A stretch of DNA of 64,000 nucleotides from Octopus sinensis (GCF_006345805.1 NC_043021.1:24118001-24182000); one strand, 5' to 3'. Shown: positions 40,056-54,269, counted from the stretch's first letter. Numbers and translations: made by a program. Notes: generated by a model from the sequence alone, not told the origin.

Positions 40056-40504
40056 AATGTGAGATGGTTAAATAGAGGGAAATATTAGAGATCAAAATGA
40101 GGAGTTATTTTGAAAAGAGAAGTAAATAAGGAGTACATAGGGAAATAGGAGAATGAATGAAAGAGCTGTACCAATACTTACCATGTTTACAGAAAATGTG
40201 GGACTTCCAGCCAGGAAGTGGCCGCTGGTCTTATGTCAACACGCGTCATTTCAGATTAATGTTCTGATTCACAATATAATGCATGGAAATACCGTGTTAG
40301 TAGACGTTAGTTATGAGCCATAGTTTTCAGGTCTTCAGTATCTTCATTCTTGTTGAAATCTGGTTGATTTAAGTGGAGTTCCGTGCCTATATTAACACGT
40401 AAATTCTGAGTTCAATTATCCTTGCAACCGACGTTGCCTCTCCTCTTTCTGGGGTCGACAAGACAACGTCTCTGTCGCATTAATCTTTCCATAGATAAAT
40501 TCTT

Positions 40505-40939
40505 GGATCTTTTCGGTTTGAACGGCAGTTTTTAACATAATTTCTAGGTAACTAAAAAATTTTAAACTTCGTATACTGGTAGAATGTGTTTTTAAAACAT
40601 CTTTTTCTCTTGGCTTTATTGAGAAAATTCTATAGTTTGTAAGATATTTGTTGTTTTTTTTTCTTCAATTTCTGCAATTTCAACCAATCACTGACTTCTA
40701 TTGAGGTAAAAAAAACATTGTGCCGTATGACTATGTCCCTCGTTTAAGAAACAGATTGGGTTTATTTACATTTGTGAAGAAAAAAAAAGATACCCTTTCT
40801 CCCACCCCTAACCCTAACCCTAACTAACCCTAACCCTAAAACAGATTGAAATGCAATAGATCGATACTAGGGTCATAATTATGGGTGACAATTTCATATG
40901 TACCGCTAGAAAAAACTGCCGTTCAAACTGAAAAGATCC
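40505..40939 (+). mobile_element. MITE copy 2
   Basis: TIRs; 8-bp TSD aaattctt. Confidence 0.95.
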
Positions 40940-41902
40940 AAATTCTTCTCTAGAATTTATCAAGGGAAAAATTCTTTCTTATAATTTCTGACCTTGTGCA
41001 TAACTTTCAGATTATACCAATAAATATCTATTGGTAGAATTAGTAGAACGGTGGACAACCGTCTTATAGTAAATCCTTTTACATTCAAAATTCGAATAAC
41101 GTTGTATAGGCTTTAATTTTCAACTTACTGACATTGATAATGTAAAGTGCAAGTCCACAATGATCCCCGCAGGCCACACGCACGCACACACACATACACC
41201 CCCCCACCACAAAATATTATTTCAATTATGCTGTTGCTAAAGAAATAGCACGAAGAATCTTGATAGAACGTAGTAAATCGAATTGTAGAATGCTTGGAAT
41301 ATCATTATCTTTAAAAGAATCGTTGCATTGAATTAGTTTTAAAGAATATCGATCGGAAATATAATGCCGCCATTTTATTACCCATGGGAATATTCGACGT
41401 TTTTTGTGCCAAGAGTTACACTGAGTTATTTCGATTCTAAATGTGTACCATTTGTGGGCGTAGGCGGCCACTAATATGCTGAGTCTATAAGCTATATGGG
41501 TACTCACCACAAAAATTCCTATTTGTTAGTATAAATAACGCACTGTGTCTGGTATTCTTGTATAAGCAGTACAGTTACTTTGATCTTAGCTCAACTTGTT
41601 GTTTCTGCTGGGTTTTTTTGTCGAGTTTTGTGACTGTTGTCGATGCTGTTCAACCTTTACAGTCAAAGGTATTTCAACCACAGTTACTCTTATTTTCAGA
41701 CATCTTGTATCATACAAAAGTTCTCTGCCTTTTCTAAGACGATCGGGTATGATTTGAGGGAAATTTGACTAGTTTCTTGTATGTCGACCGACCGCATAGA
41801 GGCTTCCCACTCGTCTTTGCTATAATTAATAACCGATTCAATTCAGACTGTTTATGTTATTGTCGTTATAGCTGATCTACCTTATTATTTCTTTAGACTT
41901 TG

Positions 41903-42490
41903 AGGCAGCTCAGCTGGCAGAATCGTTAGAGCGCTGGACGAAATGCTATGCGGTATTTCGTCTGCCGTTATGTTCTGAGTTCAAATTCCGCCGAGGTCGA
42001 CTTTGCCTTTCATCCTTTCGGGTTCGATAAATTAAGTACCAGTTACGCACTGGGGTCGATATAATCGACTTAATCCCTTTGTCTGTCCTTGTTTGTCCTC
42101 TCTGTGTTTAGCCGCTTGTGGTTAGTAAAGAAATAGGTATTTCGTCTGCCGTTACATTCTGAGTTCAAATTCCGTCGAGGTCGACTTTGCCTTTCATCCT
42201 TTCGGGTTCGATAAATTAAGTACCAGTTACGCACTGGGGTCGATATAATCGACTTAATCCCTTTGTCTGTCCTTGTTTGTCCTCTCTGTGTTTAGCCGCT
42301 TGTGGTTAGTAAAGAAATAGGTATTTCGTCTGCCGTTACATTCTGAGTTCAAATTCCGTCGAGGTCGACTTTGCATTTCATCCTTTTGGGGTCGATTAAA
42401 TAAGTACTTGTTATGCATTGGGGTCGATGTAATCAACTTGTCCCCTCCACCAAAATCGCTGCTCTTGTGGAAAAATTTGAAACCATTATT
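41903..42490 (+). mobile_element. SINE family B, tandem ~3-mer (184-bp period)
   Basis: Units restart at ggtatttcgtctgccgtta (41952, 42136, 42320). Confidence 0.9.
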
Positions 42491-42976
42491 TCTTTAGGCT
42501 TTGCTTTGTTTCCCCTTTAATCAATTAGACAACCTCTACAAGTTCGCCCTATCGGCGAGGAACAATAACCGAATTTCCTTCAAATTATACATTAGCATCA
42601 CACACATCAGATAATGCATCCTATATACTTCTAAGGAGTCGGGATGGTCATGACTGGATACCTTTCATAATAGGTCTATTCAGGCTTGAGCTAAACGACA
42701 GTAACCCAATATTAACTTGGTGAGGTACGGGTACGGGGTGTATTTGTTGGCGTAAAAGAAGTGTTCATGTGATGTATGACTGTACAATATTTGATGTGTT
42801 GATATGAGTAATGTGTGTTTCTTTCATCGACATCTTCATACAAGTCCACGTTTGATTGCTGGCTATTCTTTGATAGAATTGTCGTCGATATTGTTATTTA
42901 TTCCTCCTTTTACTCGTACCTCCAGTTTGATTTCAAGTCTTAAGTGTGGATTTGAATTAACTCTATAAAAAGATAA

Positions 42977-43422
42977 GGATCTTTTCGGTTTGAACGGCAG
43001 TTTTTTCTAGCGATGTCATATGAAATTGTCACCCATAATTATGACCCTAGAATCGATCTATTGCATTTCAATCTCTTTTAGGGTTAGGGTTAGTTAGGAT
43101 TGGTTAGGTTTAGGGTTAGGGGTGGGGGGAAAGGTATCTTCTTTTTCTTCACAAATGTAAATAAACCCAATCTGTTTCTTAAACGAGGGACATATTCATA
43201 CGGCACAGAATGTTTTTTTTACCTCAATGGACGTCACTGATTGGTTGAAATTGCAGAAATTGAAGAAAAAAAACAACAAATATCTTACAAACTATAGAAT
43301 TTTCTCAATAAAGCCAAGAGAAAAAGATGTTTTATAAACACATTCTACCAGTATACGAAGTTTAACATTTTTTAGTTACCTAGAAATTATGTTAAAAACT
43401 GCCGTTCAAACCGAAAAGATCC
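42977..43422 (-). mobile_element. MITE copy 3
   Basis: TIRs; 8-bp TSD aaagataa. Confidence 0.95.
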
Positions 43423-43739
43423 AAAGATAATAATAATGGTTATCCTAAAACATTCATTTCTTACAAGACATTTTTTATGCTGGAAGACGAAGATTTACGC
43501 CGACATCATAATATTACGGCTATCTATTTTATATGAGCTTGAGCAATGAAAAGGAGATTCAAACAGCGGAATTCGAACTAACTATAGCTTTGACTGTAAT
43601 CGATAAAACAAAATACAGTAGATATCGTAGACGAAGCTGGTCGTGGCGGAAGTTCAAATGACATGATTGTATGTAAACGTTCCAGAAAACCTAGGATCGA
43701 GGCAAGTTAAAGTAACCAAGATGATAGTATAGAAGTGTA

Positions 43740-44123
43740 GAGGCGCAATGGCCTAGTGGTTAGGGCAGCGGACTCGCGGTCATAGGATCGCGGTTTCGAT
43801 TCCCAGACCGGGCGTTGTGAGTGTTTATTGAGCGGAAACACCTAAAGCTCCACGAGGCTCCGGCAGGGGATGGTGGTGATCCCTGCTGTACTCTTTCACC
43901 ACAACTTTCTCTCACTCTTACTTCCTCTTTCTGTTGTACCTGTATTTCAAAGGGCCGGCCTTGTCACTCTCTGTGTCACGCTGAATATCCCCGAGAACTA
44001 CGTTAAGGGTACACGTGTCTGTGGAGTGCTCAGCCACTTACACGTTAATTTCACGAGCAGGCTGTTCCGTTGATCGGATCAACCGGAACCCTCATCGTCG
44101 TAACCGACGGAGTGCTTCCATCC
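43740..44123 (+). mobile_element. tRNA-derived SINE family C
   Basis: A-box TGGCCTAGTGG, B-box-like TTCGATTCC; TSD agtatagaagtgt. Confidence 0.92.
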
Positions 44124-44264
44124 AGTATAGAAGTGTTCAGATATGTTGCAGATTAATGAACTTGAGTTTTCTATCTCTGTATCGTGTGTTCAAATTTTCT
44201 TTCTACTGGTGTTTCATTCTGTTATGTTTCTTCAGAGGACAATCTATATAATTAATTCTACGTA

Positions 44265-44495
44265 AGGCGGCGAGCTGGCAGAAACGTTAGCACACCGGGC
44301 GAAAAGCGTAGCCGTATTTCGTCTGCCGTTACGTTCTGGGTTCAAATTCCGCCGAGGTCGACTTTGCCTTTCATCCTTTCGGGGTCGATAAATTAAGTAC
44401 CGGTTACGCACTGGGGTCGATGTAATCGACATAACCCGTTTGTCTGTCCTTGTTTGTCCCCTCTGTGTTTAGCCCCTTGTGGGTAGTAAAAGAAA
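44265..44495 (+). mobile_element. SINE family B monomer
   Basis: 20-bp TSD tatataattaattctacgta. Confidence 0.93.
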
Positions 44496-44985
44496 TATAT
44501 AATTAATTCTACGTACATTCGTTCTCGAAGACATGGGAATTAGGTACTTGGTTATCATGGATATACCTGACTTTGATGGAAGCAGAAAGATGGTAAAATA
44601 TTTCCACAAAATTAAATAAGTAAATGTAATTATGCCGTTTCCAAAGCCTCTCATATAAATCTTTACTGTCAGATTTGGACGGCATGTAAAATTCAACATT
44701 ATTAGCACGTCAGTCCAGAATAACTATTAGAAAACAGAAAAACAAACAATTAAACAGCGATCTTACGCGAAGCCCACAAATGACAAGAATCAAAATATAC
44801 GAGATTCGCTAATTTACAAATTATGCAAAGATAATGTAAAAAAAAAAAAAAAGAGTGTTTTTCTTCAAGTTAACGACGAGTGATTAATTATGTCCACCAG
44901 GCCATAATCACTTCTCTTAATTTCAGCGACATAAATAAAACAGTACGTATCTTGTTGGACGTGTTGAGCGAGTGATTTTGAAATT

Positions 44986-45402
44986 GGATCTTTTCGGTTT
45001 GAACGGCAGTTTTTTCTAGCGGTGTCATATGAAATTGTCACCCATAATTATGACTCTAGTATCGATCTATTGCATTTCAATCTATTTTAGGGTCAGGGTT
45101 AGTTAGGGTTAGGTTTAGGGGTGGGGGGAAGGTATATTTTTTTTCTTCACAAATGTAAATAAACCCAATCTGTTTCTTAAACGAGGGACATATTCATACG
45201 GCACAGAATGGACGTCACTGATTGGTTGAAATTGCAGATATTGAAGAAAAAAACGACAAATATCTTACAAACTATAGAATTTTCTCGATAAAGCCAAGAG
45301 AAAAAGATGTTTTATAAACACATTCTACCAGTATACGAAGTTTAAAATTTTTTAGTTACCTAGAAATTATGTTAAAAATTGCCGTTCAAACCGAAAAGAT
45401 CC
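44986..45402 (-). mobile_element. MITE copy 4
   Basis: Both TIRs present; no TSD; abuts an RTE fragment. Confidence 0.93.
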
Positions 45403-46080
45403 GTGAGAAATTTGGCCTGTACTTCAATGTCAAGAAAACGAAGATCATGTCAACAGCAACCACAGCAAACATCAGCATCAAGATCGATAATGAAGAGATC
45501 GAAGTGGTTGATGATTTCATCTTGCTTTGCTCCAAAATATATCGAGATGGTAACTGCACTCCAGAAATAAGGCGGCGGATAGTGCTGGACAGGGTCTGGA
45601 ACAGTAGAGACATCAGACTTGCTACCAAATGCAGATTGGTGAATGCAATCGTCTTCCCAATAGTAACATATGGATGCAAGACCTGGACACTAAAGAAAGC
45701 TGACCAGAAGAGAATTAATGCATTCGAGCTTTGGTGTTGGGGAAGACTTTTACGGATTCCATGGACAGTGAGGCTCACCAATGGAGAAGTTCTTAACCAT
45801 ATCAAGCCGAAACTGTCGCTAGAAGCTAGGATCACCAAGCATAGGCGGACATATTTTGGTCATATTATGCGGAGAAAATCCCTGAAGAAGGACATCATGC
45901 TCGGAATGGTCAGTAGCAAGAGAGGAAGAGGCCGACCACGAACCTGCTGGCTTGACACCATCAAGAGTGACACGGGAATGGCCATAGCCAATCTGAAAGA
46001 AGCGACCCAGGGTAGAACTGGCTGGAGAACATTGATCCATCGAGTAACCGAGAGTCGACTTCGACTGAACGGATAGATAG
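45403..46080 (+). mobile_element. RTE LINE 3' end (RT C-terminus)
   Basis: GLYFNVKKTKIM, YGCKTWTL..RINAFELWCW, YFGHIMR, KRGRGRP; GATA tail. Confidence 0.92.
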
Positions 46081-46458
46081 AACCAGTTCTCCATTTTTCC
46101 GTCCTTGTTTTCGTATACAAAAGCAAGCTTACTTTCTTCTAAAGAATCTAGTGCTCTTGCTTAGATTTTCTTGAGGCCGTCCAGATTGGAGCAATCTCGA
46201 GTGTAACCGGCCGAAACTGCAACGACGATCTGGAACTCGACTGACGAAAGAAAGCTCCGAATGGCCTGTCCTTGGTTTTTCTTGCACACATACAATTACG
46301 CAACTATACATGACTATGTGCTTGTATATCATAATCCTGCCTGTGTTTATGTGTTTGTGTATGTGCATAAATGTATTTATATACGTACGTATATATATAG
46401 ATCTATAAATATATATATTATATAACTGCATATGGGTATGCTTATATACCCGTACACA

Positions 46459-46494
<36 letters not shown>

Positions 46495-46603
46495 CATGCA
46501 GTTAAGGCTGTATCATGTATTTCTAGATAGATACGTATATATATGCGTGTGTGTGTCTAACTTTACGTATTTGTGTGTGTGTGTGTGTGTTTGTGTGTGT
46601 GTG

Positions 46604-46638
<35 letters not shown>

Positions 46639-47200
46639 TATGCTTATGTCAACGCATTTATGACTTCAGCAATAATTCACGAAAATTTCTAGCTTTTAAA
46701 CTGATTTCTCAAGAGACGGCGACAGTTTCTCTGTTACCTTGTAACTAATACCTTCACAGCTTCCAGGTGAAGTTAATTAAGATAACTATATTGTAGAAAT
46801 TAGTTACTCAGGCATTGTAGTCAGCGAAATTACCAAACTTCAATAACAATAATAACAACAACTTCAACACAAACAAAAGAAAATGCATTAAATGATATGA
46901 AAACCTGGGTCAAATGTAATGACGAAAATCCAACTGCTAATTTTCTCTCTGTCGGTGGCCATTTGAGAACACTAAACATTACTTTGCCAACTCAACAACT
47001 GAACCGCTTTACGGTCAGACTGTTTTGGCATTGATAATAGTTACGTCTATATAGTTTCACTCTGATGAATATGTTTATACATGCTCGTAAGACACTAAAG
47101 GGGAAATCACAACGACCATTCTAGATAAAATATACGGTGAACTCTTGGCCAAAGAGTCACCATGCCAAATTTTATTCTGACATGGGGTGTTTTATACATA

Positions 47201-47365
47201 CGCGCAGGAGTGGCTGTGTGGTAAGTAACTTGTTTACCAAGCACATGGATCCAGGTTCAGTCCCACTGCGTGGCATCTTGGGCAAGTGTCTTCTGCTATA
47301 GCCTCGGGCCGACCAATGCCTTGTGAGTGGATTTGGTAGACGGAAACTGAAAGAAGCCTGTCGTA

Positions 47366-47420
<55 letters not shown>

Positions 47421-47648
47421 ATGTGTATGTGTGTGTATATGTTTGTGTGTCTGTGTTTGTTCCCCCACCATCGCTTGACAACCGATGTTGGTGTGTTTAC
47501 GCCCCCGTCACTTAGCAGTTCGGCAAAAAGAGACCGATAGAATAAGTACTGGGCTTGCAAAGAATAAGTCCCGGGGTCGATTTGCTCGACTAAAGGTGGT
47601 GCTCCAGCATGGCCGCAGTCAAATGACTGAAACAAGTAAAAGAGTAAA
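47201..47648 (+). mobile_element. SINE family A
   Basis: Full family match. Confidence 0.93.
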
Positions 47649-47668
47649 CATACACACATACATACATG

Positions 47669-48790
47669 AAGATGTTAGAAGCCTGAGATCAGCGCAGACG
47701 TCCTTCGAATGCCGTATGGTATCACTCAGGCAGCACCAGCTAAACAACAACAGCAAAAATAAATATATCAATGCAGTCCTGAAAAGTGAAGTGAGCAACA
47801 TTGTACGAGCTGGCAGTGAACTCCTCAAGAAACACTCTCTTCCACATGATCTCTTATCAAGCCTCAAAACAGCTGGGCTCTCTTACCTCAAAGACCCGGA
47901 TGGAAAGCACTCGGCATAAAAAAAAAAAAAAATCATGCATGAGTATGTTACCCGGAAGCTTGAAGAAGACAGTAGAATTGACACGAAGCGCAGCCTCTTT
48001 TGGGCACAAGACCACTACATCACATCACACTTTGAAGACTATGCTTTGGCAATACAGGAACAGGAGATTGCCTGGTGAACAAGAGAGACAGTGAGGCACC
48101 TTTAATCCCAAAGTGCAATCTCATGTGTAGGCTATGCCATGTTTCTGTGGAAGACATTACGCATGTGATTAGCAGCTGTCACGGTACTACCTCCCTATGT
48201 GGCACGATGTTGTTGCTAAAACAACTTACAATGCCATCCGCAAGAAGGATTGTCCTGAAATAAACTTAGAAAATCCCTCTGTTATGGAATACATTCATAA
48301 ACACCAACTCAAGGAATACTGGTGGAATATTCCCATCAAAACCTCTGTCGTGTATAAGCATAACAGGCCAGATATTGCTGTTTGGGACAGAAGGGAAAAA
48401 GGTATGTACCATCATAGAGTTTAGCTGCCCTGCAGATATAAAAGTCTCTTTAAAAATCAAAGAAAAAGAGAATATCTATGGACAACTGCTTCGAAACCTC
48501 CAGCTTCTATATCCACACTATGAATCCATATTCATACCAATAACAACTTGAGCACTAGGTTTTGTTAGTAAATGCTTAAAGGAGAATCTGGATAAACTGG
48601 GATTTTCAGAAAAAGTAATCGACCGGCTAATTCGTAAAGTCCAATCTGTGAGTGGAACAGTAAAAATATGCAAGACTTTTCTCAAGTCTCAAATGTGAAT
48701 TTGTCTATGTTAACTACATCCCCAAAATAGAGCCTTGTATCTTTGTTGGAAACCGACTCCGTCCTCAGTGGAAGATCTATAATAATTAAA
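47669..48790 (+). mobile_element. RLE-type LINE 3' end (R4/Dong-like)
   Basis: AIQEQEI; CCHC knuckle CRLC..EDITHVISSC; HDVVAK; HNRPDIAVWD..IEFSCP. Confidence 0.85.
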
Positions 48791-48838
48791 AAAAATAGAA
48801 GACACACATACATACACCAACTCACGCATACACACACG

Positions 48839-48913
<75 letters not shown>

Positions 48914-49223
48914 CATGGGGCAGAAATAGTTTATTAGCATATAGCTAATATATCTCACACACACTCACACCCGCACACAGTGACACACACACAGACAAAC
49001 ACACACGCACGCATATAAGCCCCTGTTAGAAACATCGAATCTTTTTAAAGATCGTTAGTATGGGCATATGTGGAAGAGAGAGAGAGAGAGGGATAGAGAA
49101 GGGGAGATAAAGAGGAGGAGAGAGGGAGGGGCAGTCAGACAGTCCCACAGAGTTGATTCCATATATGTTAATTAGTTTTAATTATCTAGAATACACACTT
49201 ATCAATAAGTAAGCTAACTTTTC

Positions 49224-49639
49224 GGATCTTTTCGGTTTGAACGGCAGTTTTTAACATAATTTCTTGGTAACTACAAAATTTTAAACTTCGTATACTGGTA
49301 GAATGTGTTTATAAAACAACTTTTTCTCTTGGCTTTATTGAGAAAATTCTATAGTTTGTAAGATATTTGTTGTTTTTTTTCTTCAATTTCTGCAATTTCA
49401 ACCAATCAGTGACGTCTATTGAGTTAAAAATCATTCTGTGCCGTATGAATATGTCCCTCGTTTAAGAAACAAATTGGGTTTATTTACATGTGAAGAAAAA
49501 AAAGATACCCTTCCCCCCACCCCTAACCCTAACCCTAAAATAGATTGAAATGCAATAGATCGATTCTAGGGTCATAGTTATGGGTGACAATTTCATATGA
49601 CACAGCTAGAAAAAACTGCCGTTCAAACCGAATAGATCC
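49224..49639 (+). mobile_element. MITE copy 5
   Basis: TIRs present; TSD not evident. Confidence 0.93.
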
Positions 49640-50028
49640 TAAATACAGTTATTTCTCCAATAACCAGAACGTTACGATTGAAGGAAGTACAGCACTCGAT
49701 TACAATGAAGCGACCACGATACTCCGCTGGTACGTTACATTTGATCTTGGCGCGATTTGAACTCAGAGTGGGAAAGCAACCTGCAAAGCACTAATGATTG
49801 TTCCCGCTCACCAATAATTGGATTATGTTAGTACCAGTGTTTTCTCATCAGATGCCAATCGACAGGCGAACTTATAAGATCAAATATGATTTCTTTACTT
49901 CAATTCCATCTTAAGAGACACTTCAGTTGTTCTCCATCCGTTTCTAGTATCGGAGAAGCGGAAGTGTGGTAATTTCTTGTTCGACTTCATTATCAAACAT
50001 TGTGTAGTGGAGGCGCAATGGCCTAGTG

Positions 50029-50397
50029 GTTAGGGCAGCGGACTCGCGGTCATAGGATCGCGGTTTCGATTCCCAGACCGGGCGTTGTGAGTGTTTATTG
50101 AGCGAAAACACCTAAAGCTCCACGAGGCTCCGGCAGGGGATGGTGGTGATCCCTGCTGTACTCTTTCACCACAACTTTCTCTCACTCTTACTTCCTCTTT
50201 CTGTTGTACCTGTATTTCAAAGGGCCGGCCTTGTCACTCTCTGTGTCACGCTGAATATCCCCGAGAACTACGTTAAGGGTGCACGTGTCTGTGGAGTGCT
50301 CAGCCACTTACACGTTAATTTCACGAGCAGGCTGTTCCGTTGATTCGGATCAACCGGAACCCTCATCGTCGTAACCGACGGAGTGCTTCCATATCCA
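50029..50397 (+). mobile_element. SINE family C
   Basis: Near-identical to 43740-44123; TSD tatcaaacattgt. Confidence 0.92.
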
Positions 50398-51704
50398 TAT
50401 CAAACATTGTTCTGCAATGGAGAGGTACATCTGCGTTTATCAACTAATTCACTTCTAGTACGTGGTCTCATCAACTTATTGACAGTTTTTATTGTTTTAT
50501 TGTTTTATTTGTACTTGTTTCAGTGTAGCTCACGTAAACTTTTGAAATAGAATAAATTTCAATTTTCGAGATTTGTATATTTTTGTAGATAAATATTTGC
50601 CCTGCAAGAACTGGAAATCACAAGAACAATAAACTTAAAAACATCAAGCTAGAAAATACAGCATCAACAACAAATGTGAAACAAAATATCAATACTTTCT
50701 CATTTGCTGTGCATCATAACATTATTTATGAATTTTAAAGAGCCAAGCTGGTAGAACCGGACAAAATGCTTAGAGGAATTTCGTTCGTTTTTACGTTCTG
50801 AGTTTAAATCCCGCCAAAGCCAACTTTTATCCCCAACCCAGAAAAAACTTGAAGCTATTATATTTTAGATTTTATTCAGGAATAATAAATAATGTAATAA
50901 ATAATGTTTTTTCTTCTTTTTTTCTTTTAAAACTTCTTTAGAGGGGGGAATCTCTACGCCGTTCCCCTTCCTTTTAAGCATTTCTTTGAATCTACTCAAT
51001 TCCTCCAGACACATGCATTCGCTTTTCTCTTTCACCACCCCTGCATAATTCTTCACCTCCATTACTTCGTGTATTCTCTTCAGACTTTTAACCAACTCTT
51101 CCCCAGACGACGTAAAGTCCGAAGAAGAACTCCAGCCTTCGTATACCATTACGAAAGCACGAACCTACGACGTCCCCCCATCAAACGAGGGAAGGCGTCG
51201 AACAATACCTCTGCACAAACGGCAAAACACGTGTTCCGCACAAAGACAGCAGTTCAAGCAGCAATCAACAAGTCGACTACCAAACGCTTTCTCTCTCCCT
51301 TCCTCTCTCTCTCTCTCTCCCTCTCTCTCTCTATCTATCTATCTATCTATCGAGGTTACCGTGGTCTTTTTCGTAGGCTTTTCTTCCCACGGTTAAACCT
51401 TACTTGCTTTCCCCTTTACACCATACATCATGACACCGTGATACACGATCCCTATTGATCGTTTTTTTTCCTCTTCCCCTTTTTTCCTCTTTTTTCTTCT
51501 TTTTTTATTTTTCTTCTTTTGTTCTTTTTCCTTTTTTTTCTTTTTTTTTCTTTTTTCCCTTTTACGATCCCTTTTGATCGAAAACCTACGCCACTTTTTT
51601 TGTTTCTTTTGTTTTTTGTTTTTTGTTTTTTTTTCATCTCCCAAAAGAAAAGCTCTACCTTGTAATTTGTCCCGTGTGCAGACCTGTGTGGCCAATAAAG
51701 AAAC

Positions 51705-51705
<1 letters not shown>

Positions 51706-51801
<96 letters not shown>

Positions 51802-51806
51802 AATCC

Positions 51807-51876
<70 letters not shown>

Positions 51877-51877
51877 T

Positions 51878-51965
<88 letters not shown>

Positions 51966-51970
51966 AATCC

Positions 51971-52050
<80 letters not shown>
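51706..52050. repeat. (CTAT)n microsatellite
   Basis: Direct reading. Confidence 0.97.
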
Positions 52051-52385
52051 CACTCAGACCGCTACTATTTATATTCGTTCGGTAAAGTCTGTTCTTTTAG
52101 GGGATGTCGTGACTCTTGCCACAACACATTAGTAATAAAATACTTAGTATGTATAGTCCTGATGTGTAACTTTATTCAATGATAATTTTCTGCAGCACCA
52201 CGAAATAAATATTAGCAGATATTGTATTAAAAGTGGTAGCTTCTTTGGTTATTTCAGAATCGGCAATTGAAGGCACCTCTTCAACTGCACAGCAATCCTT
52301 TACTCGCTGTACAGTTTGGCATCAGAAATATTAGCTTCCTCTTTCAGCAATTCATCACACACACACACGCACGCACGCACACACA

Positions 52386-52447
<62 letters not shown>

Positions 52448-52461
52448 CGCACGCACACACG

Positions 52462-52496
<35 letters not shown>

Positions 52497-52854
52497 GCAC
52501 ACACGCACGCACACACACACACACATGTAGCTTTCAGTTGAATATATTCAACTGGAAGCTAAATGGTTATGACCATCGTGTTTATCTGTACACTGTGTGT
52601 AGCCTGGTAATTGATCCACACACCCAGGAGCCGTTCCGCATTAAGCCTCACATCAGATCAATAACGGAACAGAACAGAGTAACTTGCATGCATACTTAGC
52701 TACGTTCATTGTTTGACGTTGTTCTCGTTGTAGACATTGTAAATGTTACGGCTTTTGCAACGATTGGATTCTCTCTTGCATCAAACATTTGCAAAGTATA
52801 AGTTATAAAGCCAAATGTAATACCTTCACAAATCCTTTATACTCTCCTACTTTC

Positions 52855-53295
52855 GGATCTTTTCGGTTTGAACGGCAGTTTTTTCTAGCGGTGTCATGTG
52901 AAATTGTCACGCATAATTATGACCCTAGAACGATCTATTGCATTTCAATCTGTTTTAGGGTTAGGGTTAGTTAGGATTGATTAGGGTTAGGGTTAGGGGT
53001 GGGGGGAAGGGTATCTTTTTTTCTTCACAAATGTAAATAAACTCAATCTGTTTCTTAAACGAGGGACATATTCATACGGCACAGAATGGTATTTACCTCA
53101 ATACACGTCATTGATTGGTTGAAATTGCAGAAATTGAAGAAAAAAACAACAAATATCTTACGAACTAGAGAATTTTCTCAATAAAGCCAAGAGAAAAAGA
53201 TGTTTTATAAACACATTCTACCAGTATACGAAGTTTAAAATTTCTTAGTTACCTAGAAATTATGTTAAAAACTGCCGTTCAAACCGAAAGGATCC
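52855..53295 (-). mobile_element. MITE copy 6, flanked by a 45-bp direct repeat
   Basis: TIRs; 52810-52854 repeated at 53296-53340 with 2 mismatches. Confidence 0.95.
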
Positions 53296-53760
53296 GCCCA
53301 ATGTAACACCTTCACAAATCCTTTATACTCTCCTACTTTCACCTCCCGTAGATGAACTCATCTCGAATAAATTCAACAGCACTGGCAATAAAAGAAGAAA
53401 CTCATTCTAAACAGAAAAAACAGTATAATCTGAGGAAGCTAGTGATGTTCATGGTTAGCCAAGTAATGTTTTCATCATGTCGGTTGAAGAACTGAAATAA
53501 GAAAATGAAAGGGGTCGAGGAGTGGTGTCAGGTCGCTCTTTAGCGCTACTATTAACATGTAACCCAGTACAGCCTGTCACAGGGTCGGCGACTAAACTGG
53601 CACTCCCATCAAGCTTGCTTGGTGAAGAGGGTGACGTTGGACACATTGCGGGACAAAAAATAAGACCCATCAAAGGGCGGAAGAACTACTGAAAACTAAT
53701 GTTTGATTGTGATGCGTGGGTGATAGTTTGCGGGTGTGTTTTTTGAGTGCTGTGTTATAT

Positions 53761-54163
53761 ACTCTTACTCTTTTACTTGTTTCAGTCATTTGACTGCGAC
53801 CATGCTGGAGCACCGCCTTTAGTCGAGCAAATTGACCCCGGGACTTATTATTTGTAAGCCCAGTACTTATTCTATCAGTCTCTTTTGCTGAACCGCTAAG
53901 TGACGGGGACGTAAACACACCAGCATCTTTGTCAAGCAATGCTAGGGGGACAAACACAGACACACAAACACACACACATACATATATATATATATACATA
54001 TATACGACAGGCTTCTTTCAGTTTCCGTCTACGAAATCCACTCACAAGGCATTGGTCGGCCCGGGGCTATAGCCGAAGACACTTGCCCAAGATGCCACGC
54101 AGTGGGACTGAACCCGAAACCATATGGTTGGTTAGCAAGCTACTTACCACACAGCCACTCCTG
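53761..54163 (-). mobile_element. SINE family A
   Basis: Full family match. Confidence 0.93.
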
Positions 54164-54269
54164 TATACAATTTTAAAGTTTTATCTATTTCTACATGTAC
54201 TTCTAAATCCCCGAATTTATTTTATTCTCTTATCTCTATTTTATCTTCATCTTTCTATCTATGATTGGA

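Noticed and set aside
43740-43815. tRNA genes at SINE heads (also 29479, 34445, 39192, 50029)
   Set aside because: A/B boxes present but no complete cloverleaf, and they continue into repeated bodies, some with TSDs.
45369-45402. ATG start of the 235-aa ORF as a domesticated gene
   Set aside because: The start comes from the MITE end fused by chance to a truncated RTE.
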